Part shown: piece after piece, positions 56,445 to 64,000 of the stretch
How positions within the stretch are numbered: the stretch's first letter is position 1
How the letters are laid out: every line of letters begins with the position of its first letter
Source: Rhodospirillaceae bacterium
GTDB taxonomy: Bacteria; Pseudomonadota; Alphaproteobacteria; Rhodospirillales; Rhodospirillaceae
Reading direction: 5' to 3'
Length of the DNA stretch: 64,000 nt
NCBI GenBank assembly: GCA_029245025.1
Contig: JAQWQC010000008.1
Coordinates: forward strand, 44,734-108,733
Program-made: the position numbers and the translations under genes
The notes under the pieces: model-generated
Databases searched by the model: none
Seen by the model: only the letters and a program-made list of their open reading frames with translations
What the model was told of the DNA's origin: nothing

Positions 56445-57575
56445 CTATTTGATCGCCATGGTGATGGGGAATTCGAAGCCATCGTCGGCGTAAGGCGTTT
56501 GATCTTCCATCCAAAATGATCCGGCCGATTTTGGAAGAATGTTCTCATCTTTAAAGCCGGCCTTGCGGCAGAGCTCAGGCATATCCATGTCGCGCAACTG
56601 GGCGAAGAAGTGTTCGTTGTTGTTGTATATTTCCCACTCGAACAGGAACCCTTCCAGGGGTGGTTGGCCATGAGCTTGCGGCAAATCCATATGCATCATC
56701 ACCCCGCCGGGCTTGAGCAAGCGGTAGGATTCATTGAAAACGTTCTGAATTGCCGTGCGTGATGTTTCGTGCAGGAGAATATGGGACATCACAATGTCGA
56801 AGCTCTCATCTTCAAAATTGGTGTGCTCCGCATTCTGCTGACTGAAATGTACGGCAGCGCCTAACGCCTCGGCGCGTGCATGACCATAACGTAGCACCGG
56901 AGCACCAACATCCAGGCCATGGCATTCGGCGTCTGGCATTTGCTGGGCCCAATAGGTGATGGAACCGCCGATGGTGCAGCCCATGTCCAGGATGCGTTTC
57001 GGTTTGGCATCGGGAAATTCGTTCTTGAAAAAGCCATAGGTGATTTGGCCGAGGGCGTTGTTGCCGGTGCCAAGACCACCCATGGAATAAATATAGGTGC
57101 CCCAGTCGTACATCGCGCCGGCGGCGACATCGTCATCGATTTGATCCGAATGATACGCACCCGGTTGCAAATGGATATCTGCAGCCACGTGATACTTCGG
57201 TGTTTCTAGATCTGGGTCGAGGGTCAACGATCCCTTGTTTCCCGGCTTGCGCGACTTTTCAATGAGCTCTGGCAATTGACGCTCAACCGAATCAATCACT
57301 GAATCCCAGATCATTTCCTGACTGTTGCGCTGCATGGCGCTCCAGAAGGAATAGTAGGGATCATGGGTCATGACTCGGCGTACTTCATGACGCGTTTCCG
57401 GTTCCCGGCCTTTATCCTTAATGAACTGAGGAAGAACCCTATTGTAATAGGTCGGGAAGTTTCCTGGGAAAACCTGGCTGGCCAAATGGACGCGGAAATC
57501 ATTGACGAAAGACTGGCGTGACTCTTCGTCGTGAACGCGCTTTGCAAGCATGCTGTGGTCTGAAAGAGGGATCAT
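56445..57575 (-). CDS. class I SAM-dependent methyltransferase-like protein with an uncharacterised ~170-aa N-terminal domain, paralog MT1
   Basis: Motif I ILDMGCTIGG, acidic post-I HGLDVGAP, FEDESFDIVMSHILLHETS and LLKPGGVMMH. GGAG 8 nt upstream of the ATG. Confidence 0.85.
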   Translation of the reverse strand: MIPLSDHSMLAKRVHDEESRQSFVNDFRVHLASQVFPGNFPTYYNRVLPQFIKDKGREPETRHEVRRVMTHDPYYSFWSAMQRNSQEMIWDSVIDSVERQLPELIEKSRKPGNKGSLTLDPDLETPKYHVAADIHLQPGAYHSDQIDDDVAAGAMYDWGTYIYSMGGLGTGNNALGQITYGFFKNEFPDAKPKRILDMGCTIGGSITYWAQQMPDAECHGLDVGAPVLRYGHARAEALGAAVHFSQQNAEHTNFEDESFDIVMSHILLHETSRTAIQNVFNESYRLLKPGGVMMHMDLPQAHGQPPLEGFLFEWEIYNNNEHFFAQLRDMDMPELCRKAGFKDENILPKSAGSFWMEDQTPYADDGFEFPITMAIK

Positions 57576-57747
57576 GGAAATCTCCGCTGCAATCGTTTGG
57601 TGATGGGCTGCACCTTATCGGGGTCAGCAAAGGAGGCGAGTCCTCTGCCTTGGGCGATCATCTGTTGGTCAGAGTATCGCCGGGCTTTGCGGCCAATTCA
57701 AAGGATTACAGCGTCCGGTGCATTGACCTTCGTCAAGCGGGGTGTAG

Positions 57748-59136
57748 CTAGGTCGCCGGGCAGACGTGGTCGACTAATACGGCGGTGTCGTCCAGCGTCT
57801 CGAGTTGTTCAATGATGCCAATCAATGCTTCCCCTCGGGCGCGCGGCATCTCTGACTTGGCCGCTGACCAACAGGCCCAGAACTTTTCAAGTTGGCGGTC
57901 ACGCGGCAGGGGATTGAGGGGGTCACCAATAGCGCGCTCAATTGTAAGGCTGTGTTCCGTCCCATCTTTTAAGACGACAGATATAGACTGCGGTCCAAAC
58001 GCATTGAGATCAGGATTGTCATCTTCAATAACGGTGACGCGACGGGCCAAGTCGTGGGTGGTTTCGTTGGCCAAGGCATCGATCGCAAAGTCGTGTTGGG
58101 TCACTGTACCGTTCAACAACGTAGCCGCGCAGACATAGCCGAGGCACAGCTTTGCGTAGTTCGGTTGTGGGTTTGGAATATCTGGCCGTCCGACGAGGCG
58201 ATTGGCCAGAGGCGGAACGCGACACGTTACGGTCTGCACGTCATCTGCTGTAAACCCGTGTTCAGCGGTGAGACGTTGCAACGCATCAACGGCAAAGTGG
58301 GTAAGTCGACCAGACGGAAACGGCTTATGCCCGACTTCACAGAGGCGAAAGACTTTGCCCCATTGAGACCACGCCGGCTCCAGGTCGTAGTCACCCTCCA
58401 TCAGAACAAGGTAGCCGTACATACCCGTCAGAATATCTTTTGGCCCTTCGATCCCGGCATCGGCCAGGTCGCAGGCGACCAAGGCATTGCGCGCGGCGAA
58501 GCCAACCTGCAACCCCAGCAGTCGCGAGCCTTCAATATGGGCCTGCATATTGCCGCCCGCTTGGCCGTAGTACAGGCCGAGAGCGTTATGGAGCTGGGGA
58601 CCGCCGAAGCCGCGCAGCAGGGATACCGCGGTTGTTGCGCCAAAGCCGCCGGTCAGGGCCGGTCGGAAAAATCTCATAGGCGCGTTTGAAGATGTAGCAA
58701 TGGAGCACGAGACATCAATGCCCATGGCGATGGCCCGAATGAGATCGCGTCCGTTGATCTTGCGTCCTAGTCCGGCCTGCCGATCGACTTCTGCCATGGT
58801 CGCAGCCATGAGGGTGGACATGGGGTGAAGCACGCCGCCTTCATGGACGCAGTCGAATTCTAGGCAGTGAATTTGGTAGGCGTTGACGACAGCGGCGCTG
58901 GTTGGTGGTAAGCGATCCGGGCGCGCCCATACTCTCGCGCCGTCTCCGGTTCCCCAAAGCTGTGCTGCTGTAAGGGCTTCATCTGACGATGGGCCAGTCG
59001 ATCCCGCTAGCGCACAAGAGAACGTATCAAGGACAAATATTTTAGCTGCCTCGACGGCGGCTGCGGGAAGATCTTCGAATCCGGTGCCCATAACATGGGC
59101 GACCATTGGCTCAACCGGATTGCCTTGAGATGTCAC
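57748..59136 (-). CDS. MmgE/PrpD family protein
   Basis: 462 aa. N-terminus ...VAHVMGTGFEDLPAAAVEAAKIFVLDTFSCALAG is typical of the 2-methylcitrate-dehydratase family. GTG start 8 nt after the upstream stop. Confidence 0.85.
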   Translation of the reverse strand: MTSQGNPVEPMVAHVMGTGFEDLPAAAVEAAKIFVLDTFSCALAGSTGPSSDEALTAAQLWGTGDGARVWARPDRLPPTSAAVVNAYQIHCLEFDCVHEGGVLHPMSTLMAATMAEVDRQAGLGRKINGRDLIRAIAMGIDVSCSIATSSNAPMRFFRPALTGGFGATTAVSLLRGFGGPQLHNALGLYYGQAGGNMQAHIEGSRLLGLQVGFAARNALVACDLADAGIEGPKDILTGMYGYLVLMEGDYDLEPAWSQWGKVFRLCEVGHKPFPSGRLTHFAVDALQRLTAEHGFTADDVQTVTCRVPPLANRLVGRPDIPNPQPNYAKLCLGYVCAATLLNGTVTQHDFAIDALANETTHDLARRVTVIEDDNPDLNAFGPQSISVVLKDGTEHSLTIERAIGDPLNPLPRDRQLEKFWACWSAAKSEMPRARGEALIGIIEQLETLDDTAVLVDHVCPAT

Positions 59137-59144
59137 AGGTCAGA

Positions 59145-59453
59145 TCAATCTTTTGGACCAGGTTCCGGATGCATGCGAAAGACCCGCTTCAAATAGGCTT
59201 CACGCCGTTCATTGCGCGCCGCTTCAACATCTTCATTTGGGCGATAAGCCTCTATGTCATCGCGGCTAATGGTTCCCTTGTCATCCAGCAGACGCTCCAT
59301 AGTGTCTAAGCGGTCGTAGACCACAGACACCTCGGCCGATAGTTCCAGGATAAACGTCATCATTTGATCAATCGCGGGATCGTCGAAAAAGACTGATCGT
59401 TTGCCCTTGGCGTCGCGGGGGAGGGTGATCTTGGGTTCTGCTTTCTGTGTCAT
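59145..59453 (-). CDS. small helical protein of unknown family, paralog s2
   Basis: 102 aa reading ITLPRDAKGKRSVFFDDPAIDQMM...YDRLDTMERLLDDKGTISRDDIEAYRP. Confidence 0.7.
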   Translation of the reverse strand: MTQKAEPKITLPRDAKGKRSVFFDDPAIDQMMTFILELSAEVSVVYDRLDTMERLLDDKGTISRDDIEAYRPNEDVEAARNERREAYLKRVFRMHPEPGPKD

Positions 59454-59479
59454 CTCTGTACTCGTTTTGTGGGCCGGTC

Positions 59480-59833
59480 TTAGGATTTGGCCAGTTCGTC
59501 CATCAGGGCGTTGTATTCGTCCATTTTGTCGTGGGCCACAAGTGTTTCTCGCTCTTCCCTGATAATGCGAAACAATCGCGATATGTAGTCGTTGCGCCGA
59601 TCGTTCCGTTCGTCTTCAACACCTTGATCCGGTCTAAAGGCCTCAATGTCATCGCGGCTCAGCGTGCCCTTCTTATCGAGCAGGCGTTCGATGGTGTCGA
59701 CCCGGTCGTAAAGAACAGACATCTCAGCTGACATCGCCATAACAATAGCCATAAGTTGATCGATGGCCGGGTCGTCGAAAAACGCTGGCCGCTTACCACG
59801 ATTTACCGGGGTGATCTTGATGTCGTCACTCAT
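59480..59833 (-). CDS. small helical protein of unknown family, paralog s3
   Basis: 117 aa from ATG 59833 (AAGGGA upstream, 7 nt after the MT2 stop), reading ITPVNRGKRPAFFDDPAIDQLM...YDRVDTIERLLDKKGTLSRDDIEAFRP. The ORF track extends to 59899. Confidence 0.7.
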   Translation of the reverse strand: MSDDIKITPVNRGKRPAFFDDPAIDQLMAIVMAMSAEMSVLYDRVDTIERLLDKKGTLSRDDIEAFRPDQGVEDERNDRRNDYISRLFRIIREERETLVAHDKMDEYNALMDELAKS

Positions 59834-59840
59834 TGCGGTG

Positions 59841-61031
59841 TCATCCCTTTTTCCATGCGCCCCAGCCGGTCCAATGTATTGATTCACCCAGGCGGCCATA
59901 CCGCTCGGCTTTGTTTTCTGGACCGGAAGCCGCAGCTCCGAAAATCTCCTGCGGAACGGAGTAAACGTCCGGCGTCATCACTTCCATATAGTCTTCGTCA
60001 CTGAACCCGGCGTCCGCATAGGCGGCCTTTAGGTCGGTTGATGTAAACGCCTGATAAAACGGCTCGTTGTTATAGTAGGAGTCCCAGTCGATATAGAAGG
60101 CGTCGAAAGGGTCCATTTCGGCAGTGCGCGGTAGCTCCATGTGAATCATCAGTCCGCCGGGCTTTAGGACTCGGTGGCATTCAGAGAGTATTTTTTTCAT
60201 CGCGGTACGAGATGTTTCATGAAACGTGACGACGGACAGCACGAGGTCGAAGCTCTCGTCCTCGAACGACATATCTTCCCCATTCATTTGATGCAGGTGC
60301 ATGGGCTGGTTGAGGGACTCTGCCCGTCCGTGGGCGTAACGTAAAACGGGAGCACTGACATCGATCGCGTGAACTTCGGAGTCAGGGTATATGTCGACAA
60401 ACGGTAGGATGTTGTGTCCCACGGTGCAGCCGATATCTAGAATTCGTTCAGGCCGGAAATCGGGGAACCGAATTTTTAAATGTTGAGCAAGGGATCGACC
60501 AATTGAATCGCCGTACGGTCCGCCATGACCGCCAGCATAGACATACACGCCCCGGTCATACAGTGCGCCTTGCGATACATCTCCCGGTGCCCGTTCTGAG
60601 TGATAGTTACCAGGCATAAGGTGAATGTCGCTGGCGGTCACGTAGCGCGGTACGTCAACTTCAGGGTTTAGAGTCAAAGACCCCTTTGGCGTTTTGGCGA
60701 GTGCGGTGGCCTTGGAATTGAGGTCGGGTTGGGCGCGCTCAATGGAGGGGATGATGGAGTCCCAAATCATTTCTTGGGCTGAGCGCATCATACTCGACCA
60801 TGTTCTGCAGTAGGGGTCATCCATCATTGCATGCCGGACTTCATGTTCGTCCTTCGGCGCACGCCCTTTGTTTTTTTCAAAACTTGGTTTGACCCGTGAT
60901 TCATAAACGCCACGCAACCCTCCACCGATTTCTTGCAGGGTAAACATGCGCAGGGCAGACACATAGGACTGCAGCGCGTATTCATCGTGCGTGGAATCAA
61001 CGGTCAAGCCGTGCGGAGCTTGTGAAGCCAT
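59841..61031 (-). CDS. class I SAM-dependent methyltransferase-like protein, paralog MT2
   Basis: ILDIGCTVGH, HAIDVSAP, FEDESFDLVLSVVTFHETS and VLKPGGLMIH. AAGGAG 6 nt upstream of the ATG. Confidence 0.85.
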   Translation of the reverse strand: MASQAPHGLTVDSTHDEYALQSYVSALRMFTLQEIGGGLRGVYESRVKPSFEKNKGRAPKDEHEVRHAMMDDPYCRTWSSMMRSAQEMIWDSIIPSIERAQPDLNSKATALAKTPKGSLTLNPEVDVPRYVTASDIHLMPGNYHSERAPGDVSQGALYDRGVYVYAGGHGGPYGDSIGRSLAQHLKIRFPDFRPERILDIGCTVGHNILPFVDIYPDSEVHAIDVSAPVLRYAHGRAESLNQPMHLHQMNGEDMSFEDESFDLVLSVVTFHETSRTAMKKILSECHRVLKPGGLMIHMELPRTAEMDPFDAFYIDWDSYYNNEPFYQAFTSTDLKAAYADAGFSDEDYMEVMTPDVYSVPQEIFGAAASGPENKAERYGRLGESIHWTGWGAWKKG

Positions 61032-61101
61032 GAGAATCTCCTTAGATGAAGTGTCATCATAGTCTAAGAAGTAATCTGAACGAGTCTAGAGACGCCGAAG
61101 A

Positions 61102-61329
61102 TTAGGGGCCAGCAGGCGGAGGTTGTGCCATAAACAGCCCATTGCCGCCTGGTTCTACCAGGATCATTTCTTTTTCAGGCGGATAATTCTCAGCTTTTGC
61201 AGCCTCTTCTGGGGTCATTAACACCTTGTAACCGCCCGCCACGACGCGCTCGTAGACAGCGTTAACGTCCTCTGCGGAGAGGGCTAGAGTTGTCGCCTTT
61301 GCAGTGTTGGCGGCGGCATCGATGGTCAT
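61102..61329 (-). CDS. 75-aa ORF resembling a single beta-alpha-beta-beta-beta (VOC/glyoxalase-like) module; possibly the 3' part of a frameshifted gene
   Basis: LALSAEDVNAVYERVVAGGYKVLMTPEE...ILVEPGGNGLFM. It has no SD of its own. Its ATG overlaps (ATGA) the stop of a 33-codon signal-peptide-like ORF (61326-61427) that does have one. Confidence 0.4.
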   Translation of the reverse strand: MTIDAAANTAKATTLALSAEDVNAVYERVVAGGYKVLMTPEEAAKAENYPPEKEMILVEPGGNGLFMAQPPPAGP

Positions 61330-61437
61330 GCCCGGCGCAGATCTGCCATGCTGGCGTCTTCATGGCTGTCTGACCAAGCGGTTGACGTGGCGATGACTGA
61401 GATAACAGCCGCGGCGAGTAAGCGCACCGTGTCGCCC

Positions 61438-62607
61438 TTAAACCGGAACCGTGCCGGGGTTGTACTCGAACAAACCAATGCTTTCTTCGTTCTTGTGTTT
61501 TGAGTCGTCGTACTCGCTAGGGTTATCGCTTTGCAGGCGTTCGCGAGCGGCGCGTGACTTGACTAAGACATAATTCGCACGCTCTTTGCGAGCGGCTTCA
61601 TAGCGTGAGAGGGCTTCATCAATTGTATCCGACGCGCCAAACGCTCGACCAAGAACGACACCGTCTTCGATCCCCATAGCGGCACCCATGCCCATAAATG
61701 GCAACATCGGGTGCGCTGCATCACCGAGCAAAGTCACGCGGCCTTTGGTCCATTGCTCCAAAGGGTCGCGATCATAAAGCGCCCATTTAAAGACTTTATC
61801 TTCGGGAGCAGCTTTGATGAGATCACTGACGCGCGGATGCCAGTCGCCAAACTCTTCAAGCAGTTCTTCTTGGGTTACCGGAATTGACCACCCTTCTTCG
61901 TCCCAGCCGTCGCGACGAACAAAAGCGACAAAGTTAATCACGCTGCCATTGCGAACGAGGTATCGCGTAAATGCCTTGCGCGGTGCTATGGCCACGCCGG
62001 ACGGAGGCGTAACCAAATCGTCTGACAGGTCACCCTTGTTGACGAGACCGCGATAGGCAACGTTACCGGTGAACTTTGGGTCTTCAGGGCCGAACATATC
62101 GGTCCGTACCGCAGAGCGAATCCCGTCCGCACCAATCACAACATCGCAGGAGACCTTGTTGCAATTGGTGAATGTGATTTCAATGCCATCGTCTGTTTCG
62201 ACACAGCTTGAAAAGGCGTGATCAAGAACCAAACAGTTGGGATCCGTAGCTTTGGCTTTGGCCGAAAGCATATCGTGCAAATCGGCGCGATGAATTTGAT
62301 AGTAGTACGCGCCATATTTTTGGAAAGGAATTTCACCTCGCTTGGTCTCAACCAGTATTTCCCCAGTCTGGTAGTGCATGATTGCTTGTGCTTCGGGGAC
62401 GTTGGCACGTTTCTTTAGATCCTCCGCTAAACCGACGTATTCAAGTCCGTGGGTGGAGTTCGGGCTTATTGTCAGACCTGCACCAACCTCGCCAAGTTGG
62501 GGAGCGAGCTCATAGACAACAGGCTTAAACCCATTCTTTTGGAGAGAGAGGGCGGCCGTGAGTCCAGCCATGCCTGCGCCAATTACAGCGATGCGAATAT
62601 CTTTCAT
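61438..62607 (-). CDS. FAD-dependent aromatic-ring hydroxylase (salicylate / 3-hydroxybenzoate hydroxylase-like)
   Basis: IAVIGAGMAGLTAAL (GxGxxG), and GDAAHPMLPFMGMGAAMGIEDG. ATG 62607 is preferred over ORF-track GTG 62655. Confidence 0.85.
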   Translation of the reverse strand: MKDIRIAVIGAGMAGLTAALSLQKNGFKPVVYELAPQLGEVGAGLTISPNSTHGLEYVGLAEDLKKRANVPEAQAIMHYQTGEILVETKRGEIPFQKYGAYYYQIHRADLHDMLSAKAKATDPNCLVLDHAFSSCVETDDGIEITFTNCNKVSCDVVIGADGIRSAVRTDMFGPEDPKFTGNVAYRGLVNKGDLSDDLVTPPSGVAIAPRKAFTRYLVRNGSVINFVAFVRRDGWDEEGWSIPVTQEELLEEFGDWHPRVSDLIKAAPEDKVFKWALYDRDPLEQWTKGRVTLLGDAAHPMLPFMGMGAAMGIEDGVVLGRAFGASDTIDEALSRYEAARKERANYVLVKSRAARERLQSDNPSEYDDSKHKNEESIGLFEYNPGTVPV

Positions 62608-62749
62608 GGGTGCGTCGTATCCTAAACAAGCGTGTTTTTTATTTTCGTTACCCACCTAGAGCGCATTCAAGAAGGCGCGACAATCCGCTTGGGATTGTAA
62701 ATCCAAGTAGCGGTCGTTTACCTGTCAGTTTGTGAGGTGCGAGTGAGAG

Positions 62750-63931
62750 TTATTTCCATGCGCCGTAGGTGTACCAACGGGCACTTTCACCGACCCGTGC
62801 GGCCCGGCCGTTTGCAACAGTAGGGTTGGTAACGGCCTCTTGAAAAAATTCTGGCGTCGATCGATCGAGATCGGGAATTGACACCTGCCAGAACTTATCT
62901 TGCGCGAATCCGGCGCCAGTCACCCATTCCTGTGGGTCGAGGTTGGTGTAGGTCTTATAAAAAGGCTCGTTATTATAATATGCGTCCCAATCGATATAAA
63001 ACGCGTCGAAATCATCCATGTTGGACACAGGCGTGAGTTCCGTATGGGCCATCATGCCGCCAGGTGCCAGCACCCGTTGGCACTCTTCCAATATTTTTGG
63101 GTACGCGGTGCGCGAAGTTTCATGAAAAATGATGCACGAGAAAATGAGATCAAATGACTCATCTTCGAAAGTCATATTTTCCGCATTCATCTGGTGAAAA
63201 TGAATTGGTTTAGCCAAAGCTTCAGCGCGCGCATGACCGTATCGCAGGGATGGCGCACTGACGTCGATCGCATGCACTTCGGCTTCGGGGAAGGCGTCAA
63301 CGAAGGGAACGGTTGACGTTCCGATAGTACACCCTAACTCTAAAATTCTTTTTGGTTTGAGGTCGGGCCAACGCGCTTTGATATACGCAGCCATGGTACG
63401 GGGGATGCCGTCCGCGAAGGGACCCGCTGCACCGCCGTTATAAACAAAGCGCCCGCGGTCATAGAGGGCGCCCTGGGTTGCGTCGTTGTCTGCTCGCTCG
63501 GAGTGATAATTGCCTGGCATGCGGTGAATATCGGCAGCCTCCAGATAACGAGGCATAGCAACATCGGAATTCAGGTTCAGAGAGCCGTAGTGTGCATTCA
63601 CACCACGTACTCTCTCGTTCAGGTCAGGCTGAGCCCGCTCAATGGCGGGCCGAACCGAATCCCAGACCATGTCCTGACAATTGACCATCATTGTTGACCA
63701 CGTCCGGCCGTAGTGGTCGGCCATCATGGCTTTGTGGATTTCCGTTTCGTTTTTGGGACTCCGCCCGTTGTCCTTTTCAAAGGCAGGTTTGACACGGTTC
63801 TCATAGACGTCTCGCATGCCGCCGCCGATTTGGTTCAGGATATGCATGCGCAAACGCGACACATAGTGCTGGCGGTTCATTTCATCGTGATTGCCGGTCA
63901 CCAAAAAACCGTGTTCGTGTTGTAGCGGCAT
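62750..63931 (-). CDS. class I SAM-dependent methyltransferase-like protein, paralog MT3
   Basis: ILELGCTIGT, HAIDVSAP, FEDESFDLIFSCIIFHETS and VLAPGGMMAH. ATG 63931 has AGGA 9 nt upstream. The ORF track extends to 63970. Confidence 0.85.
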   Translation of the reverse strand: MPLQHEHGFLVTGNHDEMNRQHYVSRLRMHILNQIGGGMRDVYENRVKPAFEKDNGRSPKNETEIHKAMMADHYGRTWSTMMVNCQDMVWDSVRPAIERAQPDLNERVRGVNAHYGSLNLNSDVAMPRYLEAADIHRMPGNYHSERADNDATQGALYDRGRFVYNGGAAGPFADGIPRTMAAYIKARWPDLKPKRILELGCTIGTSTVPFVDAFPEAEVHAIDVSAPSLRYGHARAEALAKPIHFHQMNAENMTFEDESFDLIFSCIIFHETSRTAYPKILEECQRVLAPGGMMAHTELTPVSNMDDFDAFYIDWDAYYNNEPFYKTYTNLDPQEWVTGAGFAQDKFWQVSIPDLDRSTPEFFQEAVTNPTVANGRAARVGESARWYTYGAWK

Positions 63932-63942
63932 GACGTTAAGTC

Positions 63943-64000
63943 CTACTTCCAGGCACCGTACATGTTCCACATCACCAGCTCACCCCAGTGGCCATGGGTG
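63943..64000 (-). CDS. 3' end of a probable fourth methyltransferase paralog (MT4), truncated by the window edge
   Basis: The open frame ...THGHWGELVMWNMYGAWK* ends in the same YGAWK C-terminus as MT3 (...WYTYGAWK*) and a tail similar to MT2 (...GWGAWKKG*). Confidence 0.5.
   Translation of the reverse strand, partial: THGHWGELVMWNMYGAWK

Noticed and set aside
59145-59833. Loose resemblance of the small s1-s3 proteins to gas-vesicle GvpK-like helical proteins (hydrophobic helix followed by a G-x-L-S-x-x-x-I-E turn).
   Set aside because: This rests on a vague pattern memory only. No other gvp genes are present, and I cannot support homology without a profile search.
1-64000. CRISPR arrays, IS elements, integrases, prophage or conjugation genes, toxin-antitoxin pairs and known defence systems.
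   Set aside because: I found no regularly spaced direct repeats. No transposase, integrase or recombinase motifs appear in any ORF of 60 aa or more, and there are no terminal inverted repeats. Every large ORF has a metabolic, housekeeping or regulatory assignment or is listed above as unknown.

Overview
This window looks like a chromosomal segment of an alphaproteobacterium. The assignment rests on conserved synteny (chvI-chvG, truncated hprK, EIIA-Man, HPr; addB-addA; amgK-murU-tsaE; metX-metW), not on any database search. About 1-48.5 kb is densely packed core genome. It holds pyrF, the trpF-trpB-trpA-accD-folC operon, trxA, addAB, ahcY, a PTS-Ntr-type phosphorelay next to chvGI, pckA, polA, one tRNA-Arg(CCG), metXW, hisC and tyrC. 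I saw no CRISPR array, transposase, integrase or prophage gene. From 48.5 kb to the window edge, 18 ORFs in an unbroken minus-strand run form what looks like an accessory enzyme block. It contains three tandem HsaA-like flavin monooxygenase paralogs, a GFA-family protein, a GST, an isocitrate-lyase/PEP-mutase-family enzyme, a thioesterase, a Tat-exported esterase, an MmgE/PrpD protein and a salicylate-hydroxylase-like flavoprotein. The most unusual part is four paralogous ~380-400 aa SAM-methyltransferase-like genes interleaved with three paralogous ~100-120 aa proteins that I cannot place in any known family. That repeated module (56-64 kb, continuing past the window) is my best candidate for an undescribed system. 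Other oddities are listed below:
- a HisKA-type sensor kinase with Glu in place of the phospho-acceptor His
- a GFA gene whose conserved CHC motif lies upstream of any canonical start codon
- a secreted metallophosphoesterase split by an in-frame TAG
- a terminator-bounded orphan unit between trxA and folC
- a 29-aa hydrophobic ORF with a strong SD

All functional calls come from motif recognition by eye. No searches were run.
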